Part shown: in pieces, positions 54,071 to 61,596 of the stretch
Numbering within the stretch: the stretch's first letter is position 1
Layout: each line of letters opens with the position of its first letter
Assembly: GCF_001194135.2 (NCBI RefSeq)
Contig: NC_068994.1
Location: 60,443,909 to 60,505,504 of the forward strand
Source: Octopus bimaculoides
Lineage: Eukaryota
Length of the DNA: 61,596 nt
Reading direction: 5' to 3'
The notes under the pieces: model-generated
Told to the model about the DNA's origin: nothing
What the model saw: the letters and a program-made list of their open reading frames with translations, nothing else
Databases searched by the model: none
Made by a program: the position numbers and the translations under genes

Positions 54071-54524
54071 GAAAGAAAATGACTTGGTGGTGGATTAAAA
54101 CTAATCAAATTGATGAGTATTTCAGTATTCTATATCTTATGATTTATTTAGCAGCTGTTCTGATATGTACACAGTTATACAGAAATAAGGATTAAAACTG
54201 AGACATACTCACCGTATCAGTTGAAGGGGCTGGTGGATTCATCAAGGCCTCCATATTATCAATAGGTTCTAGGTTTTCCTCAAAACTGTTGTCTGCAACA
54301 AAGTCCACGAAATTAGCTGGCAGATTTCCTGTTTTGTCACCTATCCTTCCCCAAAGCCAATCATTGTTGACCCACTTTAGAACTGTCACTTCTTGCTGAG
54401 CCTAAAAGTAAAGTAAAGGAACAATAAATACACTATAACATCTCTCTTTCATCTCCTCCACCTCCTCCAACCTTCTTGGCTGTCACCTGCACCCATTGTA
54501 CTCCTCCTCTACCATACCACTCAC

Positions 54525-54558
<34 letters not shown>

Positions 54559-57500
54559 AATATTTTTGTAAAACCTTCTGCTCTTAGCAATCAGTATCTT
54601 GACCAATTTCAACCAATCAATATCCTGTCCACATTTCCAAGCTTGCATGGGTCAGATGGAATTTATTGAGACAGATTTTTCTGTAGAGGGATGCTCTTCT
54701 CTGTTGCCGACCCTCATCTAAGGAAGCTAATATTTCCTTATGCCTGGGTATGTGTTCAGAAAAGCACTACATATATGATGGTGGTGTTTATTACAATTAT
54801 TGCAAAATGTCAAGACAAGGACACACACACAAATGATGGGCTTCTTTCAGTCTCTCTCTACCAAATCCCTTCACAAAGCTTTGGTTGGCTGGGGTTATAG
54901 TAGAACACACTTACCTTAGGTGCATACAGCAGGACTGAACTCAAAACCATGTGGTTTGGAAGTGAACTTCTTAACCACACAACCATACTCTCACCAAATA
55001 AATTACACACCATCCACATACACAAAATATTAACATCCATACACTCATATATAGACCACAATTCCTCTTATCTTTAACACAGACACACACAACAATACAC
55101 TATGCTCACTTTTATTTCTGTTCTTTCATGCTCCACTTTTGTCTGATAATATCCTTTTTTTTACCTTCCATCATTGTCAAAAATGTTGAACACATTCTCT
55201 TATTTCTTCCTTATTGTGCAAAGCTGCTCATTATATACTGTGAACTCTTACTCAAAATTCTACATTAATAACAACTACAGTATTAGCTAATTTATCAAGA
55301 AATATCTTCAGAAAACAAAGCAAAAAAACACACACAAAAAAAAAGATCACAAACTCCCAATTTGCAAACACCTTAGATTTAATTGCCTGTAATAACTGTT
55401 CTGCCTTTTTCCCATCTGACTACAACTAATTCTTTCTATTAAGCCTCACTTGATGATAGTCATCACATACAATCTTCCGTGCAATAATGTCCTCTTCTTT
55501 TACTTCACCTCTCACTTCACTTATTTTCTTCATACCTTGAAAATGCAGTACCTGTCCAATGACAGCATCTACTCACCTTGAAGCTTAACTCTCCTTCTTC
55601 TCCTTCAAAGTCATACAGTGTGATGGCTACGGTCTCCTCTCCCCCGACAGGGAAGTCTACTTTGTCGAGCAACTCAGAATCTGATGTCTCATCGTCAAGG
55701 CTGTTTGAAGCATCATTTTGAGAGTGAGCTTCATCGAAATTTATTTGTGACTGAGTTGGACTTATAAGGTTAGTTTGTTCGTGATCCTTCAGAGCAGGAG
55801 AATCCAAAGTGTGAAGTGCCAGTTTAGCTGGAGCAATAGTACCAGTGGTAACTTCTGACAGGCTTGCATAGATGGTGTTATCAAAGGCCATGACTTCAGT
55901 AGCATCATTGGAGTTTTCTTTGGCTGACACTGAATCGGGATCAGTTCCACATGAATTGCTATTAGTATTAACTGGAGTTGGAGGCTTTAACAGTAAAACG
56001 AAGGAAATAAATATCCAGGTTCAAATGATAGAATAAAATAGGCAGCTGGATACAAGTAGACATAGAGATAGAGAAACATAGAAAGAAGGAAAGAGAAGAA
56101 CGAAGAAAGAAAAATAGACCACCAGATGGATAGATAATAGTCAGAATAGGTGACAGACATAGACAGGTGATATGAAAAAAAAGAGATAGACAACTAGAAA
56201 CATACAAGAACAGAAATAGCAAAGCAGATTATATATATATAAATAAACAGATATTGTGTGGCTTGTCATGCACAAAAGAACAATGATATGTGGGAGTGTT
56301 AGAAACAGTTATCGCATGCAATGCAGTGGAACAAAGCTACCAACCCAATACTTCCATCACTCAATATTTGTAGGTACAAAATCCAATAAAAGTAGTAGAA
56401 ACATGGAAAAAAAAATGCAAAGCTCATTTCAATAATATCCTATCTTTTTCTCTCCCCTACTGCTCCTTAATGTCCTCGAGTTAAAAATAAAGTTGAAGCT
56501 TGCAGACTACAATACTTAAGGTAGTGCCAATCATAAGTCCATATGTGAGAAGGTTGACTTTCAAATGACCAAAAAAAATCAGAATACAGAAAACTTGAAA
56601 GAAGGGAAATTTAGAATAGCAAATACCGTAACACTGAAAAATCAAAAACACCAAATTCTGGAGTATTTTAGGGAAAAATGATGTAGAAAATGGTCTTAAA
56701 AGACATTTATTTACGATTTTAAAAACTGTGTTTATTTAGGAAAGATCTTATAAAACATCTGCAAGAAAATATACTCACCATATCTTGCTTGTATTTGTTA
56801 TCGTGACACACTCATCATCATCTAACGTCCATTTTTCCATGCTAAAATGGGTCGGATAGTTTTACTGAAAACTGGTAAGTTGGAGAGCTGTACCAGGTTC
56901 CAAACTGATCTGGCATGGTTTCTACAGCCGGATGTCTTTCTTAACACCAATCACTCCAAGAGTGTAGTGGGTGCTTTTTACATGCCACTGGCATGGGTGC
57001 CAGTTACAAAACACTGACATCAGCCATGACTACAATCTCACATGGCTTGGCAAATCTCCTCAAGTATGATATATTGCCAAAGATCTCGGTCACTTGTCAC
57101 TGCCTTCATGAAGCCCAAAGTTTGAAGGGTGTTTTTTATATGCCACCGGCATGGGTGCCAGTTATGCGACACTGGTATGAGCCACAACTTTGATTTCACT
57201 TGGTTTCATGGGTCTTCTCAAGCACAACATATTGCCCAATGTTGAATGAGTGTGCTTTTTACATGTAACTGGTATGGGTGCCAGTTATGTTACACTAACA
57301 TTGGCCATGACTATGGTTTCATTTGGTTTGATGGGTCTTCTCAAGCACAGCATCTCACCAAAGGTCTCAGTCACTTGTCATTGCCTCCATGAGGTCCAAT
57401 GTTCAAAGATCATGCTTCACCACCATGTCCTATGTTTTTCTGGGTCTACTTCTTCCATAGGTTCTCTCTCTACCATTAGAGATTGGCACTTTTTCACACA

Positions 57501-60014
57501 GCTGTTGTCATCCTTACACATCACATGACCATACCAGTGCAGTCATCTCTCTCGCACACCACATCTGATGCCCCTTATGCTCAACTTTTCTCCCAAGACG
57601 CTTACACAATGTTGTGCATGCACACTGACATTGCACATCCAGCAAAGCATATTAGCTTCATTTCTTTCAAGCCTTCACATGTCCTTGGTGGTCACAGTCC
57701 ATGTTTCACAGCTGTGTAGCATAGCTGTTCTCTCACAGGCATCATACAATTTGCCTTTCACTCTGAGAGAGAGACCCTTTGTTCCCAACACAATGTAATA
57801 AAAAATGTAACTACACTATATATTACTCAGATAGTACTCTTTTAAAACTGTAAATAAATGTCTTTTAAGATTCATTTTCTTCATTATTTTGCAATAAAAA
57901 ATTTCAAAATTCAGAGTTTGAGTTTTTCAACATCACACCATTCAATATTCTGATTTTACAATCTTTCAGGTTTTTGGTATTCTCAGTTTTCAGTCATTTG
58001 AAATCTAGCCATTTCATATTTGGTTTTCTAACATTCAACCTTATAACTCAAACCTGATGAGTATTGTGTGTATCATCAGTAGGTCACAAATCTGAGACTG
58101 GTCACCCTCTGTCTATGCCATGGTAGTGAATCAGTAGTAGCAGAGTCATCAAGAACTAAAATTGTGGTTACAGATCTACTTAGTGGCTATAAATCTCTCA
58201 GAAGAAATCTATAGGTTGGGTACCACACTGAAGTTAGAAATACTATACAGAGTATCAGCATGAAGCTAAAATGTAGCAGATAAAAGTGTGAGCAAATACA
58301 GTAGTGATCTGAAAGACTATGGGTAAGACTATGAAGTAAATTTGGCAATGTAAATTAAGTTAAAACCTGCTAACACACCTTACACATTACGCTGTATTCT
58401 TTAATAGTTCAAACATGTTCATTGGTTTTTCCATTGCTGATTCAGAGTGATGTTACAACTCCTCTATGTCTATGCATATATACAAACATACACTATAATG
58501 TGTTTATATAATTATATATTTCCCAGAGAAATATTATATGCATGAATTTTACCTTTCTATCAAGTTACAGATACATAAACACACATGCACATACATATAT
58601 ACACACACATACATGCAATGCTAAATCAATTCAACTAAACAAATGCACACCAAAAGACACACACAGATTGAACCTCACTTCACTAGCTTGGTAGTTTCAA
58701 TGGCTTGAGATGGTGATTTGAATCTGATGGTCAACAGTTTCATCTGATGGTTGTTTAGCCAGTTGTGGTACCCCATACTGTTTATGTTCACCACACCTGA
58801 CTTTAGCATTCAGATTATTCTGCCCATTGCAATGCTTATTTATTGGTTTTGCTTTGAATTACACATGAATTGTGTTTAGATTTCAATGATGTGATTATTT
58901 ATTTTTAGAATATAGGGCAGATATGAGAGGTTGAATACGGCCAGTCCCAACGCAAAACGGGTAGAATATTTGGGCTGGATATGGCCGGTTTAAATGCTAA
59001 AGGGTCAAGGTGGTTGGTACTGCTATAAATATCACCTATTGAGGAGACCCCCTTTGGTCATGACTGACCATGGGATTGCACCTAGAAAGTTACCCTCCCA
59101 GGCACAAGTGGAAGGCCAGCAGTCACCCATGGATACCAGCCTCCCCTCTCCACACCACCGATGTTATCCAAGGGAAAGGCAAAGGGGCCGATACAGCTTG
59201 GCACCGGTGACGTCACAACTCATTTCTACAGCTGAGTGAACTGGAGCAACGGGAAATAAAGTGTCTTGCTCAAGAACACAACACGCAACCCGGTCTAGGA
59301 ATTGAACTCACAACCTCACGATCATAAGCTCAATGCTCTAACCACTGAGCCATGTACCTTCACACCTATAGTCACTGATATTTTAATCTTAATATCAGTC
59401 ATTCTTTGTATGAAAAAAAATTTACTATTTCACACTAAAAAATCGAAATTACTTTCTTGCCAACCCAATAGTTTTTGATGGTTGGATCATTTCTGTACAA
59501 ATGGTCTTTGAATGAATAACTTAAAATATTTCAAGAACACTGTTAGTTCCAGACATCACAGATGATGTCCTGGATTCACATCTACTACTTGACTTTTATT
59601 TAGATTGTATGTAAAAACAAATACATTTGGAAAGTAAATTCACAGTAGGAGTTAAGGTAAATGAATGGTTATTCCTTTTCTTAATTTTTGCATAGCTTTG
59701 AAGTCTCAGTAAGCCAATTGTTTTTGTTTATCTGCTTTAGTATACAGTAAACTCATGCTAGAAAGCTAATCAGTAAGCTTAAACTGAGTTATACTATTGT
59801 ACATTGTACTGGTTTGAGTAATACAGTACAATGTTCATATTATTTTACTATTTTTTAACCTTAAGCTTTGCTAGTTCAGGAAATCTGTTACTCCAACACC
59901 TGTCTAGTCCCAAACTTGCTGGATAAGTGTGATTCAACCTGTATGCTCTTATGAAAGTTACAAATAACAAAATGGCTCCACAACATAAATATCAATAACT
60001 AGATGGTCATATGC

Positions 60015-60063
<49 letters not shown>

Positions 60064-60314
60064 GAGAGAGAGAAAGTGAGAGAGAAAGAGAATGAGTGAG
60101 ACTGTTTGTGTGAGTTACATGTACTCTGTCACATTTAAAATGCATTTACTTATCTCAATAAACTTATTTGTCAAAGCTATTATGCATAACTTACGTTGGA
60201 CAGTGGCTGAATAATTTTTACAAAGCCTTTTGGGAAGATTCCACTGAAGCCATTACAGGTACCATATAACCAACTGCTATCTACCCAGGAAAGTAATCTC
60301 ACACGATCACCTTT
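34910..60314 (-). CDS. SH3D19: Multi-SH3 adaptor, SH3 domain-containing protein 19 (Eve-1)-like; last six coding exons (1137 nt, 378 aa + stop), 5' part outside window
   Basis: Spliced product has 3.5 C-terminal SH3 domains whose order and motifs resemble SH3D19 SH3-2 to SH3-5 as recalled (LKWVNNDW..GRIG; DDLSFRKGDRIEVLE..SDW..GRL; KALFDFKG..EDELSFEAGD...GIFPTNFV). Orthology is by recognition, not by search. Confidence 0.75.
35522..35613 (-). CDS. SH3D19: SH3D19-like exon (EDNEDNIAPTYEVVKALFDFKGIAEDELSFE)
   Basis: 92 nt, phase 1-0, tttgcag|...|gtaagt. Confidence 0.9.
35783..35990. mobile_element. Penelope-like pseudo-LTR relic with inverted duplication
   Basis: About 57-bp arms flank two head-to-head hammerhead-like cores. 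Confidence 0.5.
36221..36915 (+). mobile_element. Degenerate RTE RT C-terminal fragment
   Basis: LEVLDSFCYLGDQIINGGGCIESIVSRIRIGWKKFREPLPVL. Confidence 0.8.
37430..39260 (-). mobile_element. Degenerate RTE 5' region (AP-endonuclease and linker)
   Basis: LRVGTLNVG...DV.YIQEVRWRGGSARFL (ORF 38721..38984) and KKEAWKCHYKRLLNVENEW. Confidence 0.8.
39497..39860 (+). mobile_element. Non-autonomous Helentron/DINE-like element
   Basis: Subterminal inverted repeat CCTCTGCC ... GGCAGAGG and 3' hairpin TACCTC...GAGGTA. Confidence 0.5.
39858..39950. repeat. (AAT)n microsatellite; a second tract at 40344-40394
   Basis: Direct reading. Confidence 0.95.
39951..40343 (+). mobile_element. 5'-truncated R4/Dong-like non-LTR retrotransposon (restriction-like endonuclease C-terminus and 3'-UTR) within (TAA)n
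   Basis: Open frame VVKDHEGKKCLLIDVSIPADDN...KLSKYKDL...IPIIVGALG, stop at 40254-40256; (AAT)n on both sides. Confidence 0.8.
40395..40632 (+). mobile_element. Second, distinct R4/Dong-like RLE-domain fragment
   Basis: KILWDVMIQ...R.KLDIVVVNKKERTCMVIDIVCPGD...EEKINY; bounded by (AAT)n and (AAC)n. Confidence 0.65.
40858..41018 (-). mobile_element. Young RTE 3'-UTR copy
   Basis: Near-identical to 44033-44267 and 61281-61596. Confidence 0.85.
41205..41377 (+). mobile_element. RTE 3'-UTR copy, inverted relative to 40858-41018
   Basis: GAGTGGTTGGCGTTAGGAAGGGCATCCAGCTGT...(GAT)n. Confidence 0.85.
41752..43311 (+). mobile_element. RTE LINE 3' 1.6 kb (RT core to tail), degenerate
   Basis: LYLAFVDLEKAFDRVP, GVHQGS, LLCADDLALIA motifs; four 3'-UTR tandem units; (GAT)n tail. 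Confidence 0.88.
44033..44267 (-). mobile_element. Young RTE 3'-UTR copy (abuts N gap)
   Basis: Differs from 61281-61513 by one T in a homopolymer, by eye. Confidence 0.88.
46369..46570 (-). CDS. SH3D19: SH3D19-like exon with a complete SH3 (LENVKQVKDYARARYDFVASTKDDLSFRKGDRIEVLEFGSDWAQGRLNKKVGYFPTGFVSFEEDLHN)
   Basis: 202 nt, phase 0-1, aaacag|...|gtaaga. Confidence 0.9.
46967..47033. repeat. Short minisatellite ACCATGACAAGGAGTAT, about 4 copies
   Basis: Direct reading. Confidence 0.85.
48330..48720 (+). mobile_element. Possible degenerate LINE ORF1 with Cys/His zinc-finger-like motifs
   Basis: CPYLHPKYCAKY...ECTKG..*AFFHSKLC.NSL..RTC...CNIHHLKGT, interrupted by stops. Confidence 0.35.
49091..49320 (+). 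mobile_element. piggyBac-like MITE
   Basis: TTAA at both ends; TIR CCCTTTTGCTACCA / TTGGTATCAAAAAGG; related partial copy near 5130-5320. Confidence 0.65.
54001..54072. repeat. (GA)n microsatellite; others at about 46630-46682 and 60020-60090; (TA)n at 5008-5050, 22757-22790, 34424-34462
   Basis: Direct reading. Confidence 0.95.
54213..54401 (-). CDS. SH3D19: SH3D19-like exon (AQQEVTVLKWVNNDWLWGRIGDKTGNLPANFVDFV...PPAPSTDT)
   Basis: 189 nt, ctttag|...|gtgagt; completes the SH3 begun in the previous exon. Confidence 0.9.
54650..54990 (-). mobile_element. tRNA-derived SINE, degenerate
   Basis: Head GTGTGGTTAAGAAGTTCACTTCCAAACCACATGGTTTTGAGTTCAGTCC on the minus strand. Confidence 0.55.
55577..55984 (-). 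CDS. SH3D19: SH3D19-like exon: S/T/acidic linker plus N-half of SH3 (PPTPVN...VAITLYDFEGEEGELSFK)
   Basis: 408 nt, phase 0-0; pyrimidine tract + aag acceptor (5' boundary less certain); gtgagt donor. Confidence 0.8.
56812..57790 (-). mobile_element. RTE LINE 3' fragment with tail
   Basis: KGLSLRVKGKLYDAC...SCETW homology; (CAT)n at 56812. Confidence 0.8.
58797..59008 (+). mobile_element. piggyBac-like MITE, degenerate
   Basis: CTTTAGCATT ... AATGCTAAAGGGTCAA inverted ends. Confidence 0.45.
59036..59363 (-). mobile_element. tRNA-derived SINE, well preserved
   Basis: A box TGGCTCAGTGG (59352-59342), B box GAGTTCAATTC (59309-59299), followed by GTGTTCTTGAGCAAGACACTTTATTTC. Confidence 0.8.
60195..60314 (-). 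CDS. SH3D19: SH3D19-like exon (KGDRVRLLSWVDSSWLYGTCNGFSGIFPKGFVKIIQPLSN), C-half of an SH3
   Basis: 120 nt, phase 0-0, catacag|...|gtaagt; W-x-x-G and GIFP motifs; absent from the ORF track. Confidence 0.88.
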
Positions 60315-60653
60315 CTGTATGTTCAGTAATAGAAAAGAAAGCAAAGTCTGGAAATGGGGAGTAAAAGAATTAGCATGAAGGAAGAGAAGAAATTTGGCAG
60401 GAAATGATCACTGCTGATATGCAAAAAGTTTTGCAGCAATCAGAAAATGAGCCAGGGTTTGAAAGAGAAGCATACCAAAGGCAAAGAATCTAGACAGAAA
60501 TCAAAAAGAAAATTTTTAAAGTTTCAAATTAAAAAGAAATTTTTAAAGTTTTATATATTTTATAGTACATGCCAATATAAAATGCCATATCTGTATATTA
60601 TGATTTACACAACAATATTGCATGTTATATCTAACAATCTCTAGTTTGTTATA

Positions 60654-60677
60654 TTAGGGTTAGGGTTAGGGTTAGGG
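60654..60677 (+). repeat. (TTAGGG)4 interstitial telomere-type repeat
   Basis: Four perfect units. Confidence 0.85.
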
Positions 60678-61280
60678 TAGTAGTTACAGTCCAACGATCC
60701 TCATGGTCTTTCAAGTACTTCAGTCATTCGCTTGAGTAGTTTCCCATTACCTTCTTCAAGCCAACAGGATTTCAACTTATTTCCTACAAACTAATGACAC
60801 ATCCTTGTTCTTGTAGTGAATTACACCACCTGGAGCAATGTGAACTTGATCACATGGAGTTAAGTGTATTGGATATAGGCACAGCACATTTTAGTGGTTA
60901 ACCCTCTAATCAATCAGCTAATTCATTACAAATTTCCATTACCTTTATCCTAAAAATCTTATGACCCTATAATGAATAGTCATTATTATTAAAGTGGAAA
61001 GCTGGCAGAAAATGCACACCAGAGAATTATGTTTGGTATCATTTCATCCAACTTTATATTCTGAGTTCAATTTCTGCAAATGTCAACTTTGCCTTTCGTC
61101 CTTTTATGGTCAATAAAATAAGTACCAGTTAAACATGGGTTGGTGTAATCAAATAACCTGCCCCCCTAAAATTTCTGGCTTTGTGCTTATAGTAGAAAGG
61201 ATTATTATTATTATTATTATTATATATTTGTCTTTTGCTTTGTATTTGTACAAGTTGACTCCAAGTCTCACCCAGAGACT

Positions 61281-61596
61281 TCATCATCATCATCATCATC
61301 GTTTAACGTCCGCTTTCCATGCTAGCATGGGTTGGACGATTTGACTGAGGACTGGTGAAACCGGATGGCAACACCAGGCTCCAGTCTGATTTGGCAGAGT
61401 TTCTACAGCTGGATGCCCTTCCTAACGCCAACCACTCAGAGAGTGTAGTGGGTGCTTTTACGTGTCACCCGCACGAAAACGGCCACGCTCGAAATGGTGT
61501 CTTTTATGTGCCACCCGCACAAGCCAGTCCAGGGGCACTGGCAACGATCTCGCTCGAAAATCCTACAGGAGCCAGTCAGGCGGTACTGGCAACGGC
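61281..61596 (-). mobile_element. Young RTE 3'-UTR copy, runs off the window
   Basis: (CAT)n tail and canonical 3'-UTR. Confidence 0.88.

Noticed and set aside
56770-56810. Strong GTGAGT donor on the minus strand suggesting another SH3D19-like exon
   Set aside because: No credible acceptor giving a phase 0-0 exon; the upstream sequence is an RTE tail
58679-58723. 45-nt exon-like segment on the minus strand with plausible cag| and |gtgag sites
   Set aside because: The neighbouring SH3D19-like exons are phase 0, where this segment reads into a TGA stop; the longer open frame is phase 2-2 and incompatible

Overview
AT-rich, repeat-dense animal genomic DNA with four N gaps. The repeat complement (RTE LINEs with (GAT)n tails, tRNA-derived SINEs, mariners, Dong/R4-like and Penelope-like relics, long microsatellites) suggests a coleoid cephalopod such as Octopus; this is an inference, not a database match. 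Two spliced protein-coding genes lie on the minus strand, and both were reconstructed by hand with GT-AG sites and consistent phases. (1) The 3' six coding exons (378 aa plus stop, 3.5 SH3 domains) of an SH3D19/Eve-1-like adaptor, 60314 to 34910. (2) The 5' 18 coding exons (604 codons, Walker A head to start of hinge) of cohesin SMC3, 27591 to 785, continuing beyond the left edge. Almost all other ORFs in the track are TE debris, low-complexity sequence or gap artefacts. No prokaryote-type system (CRISPR etc.) is present. The most interesting signals are structural: inverted mariner copies bracketing an in-frame-skippable SMC3 exon, hammerhead-ribozyme-like cores in Penelope-like relics, several unrelated long foldbacks in and just downstream of the SH3D19-like gene (candidate ADAR/dsRNA substrates), and two RLE-endonuclease retroelements in one (TAA)n array. 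All functional claims are hypotheses.
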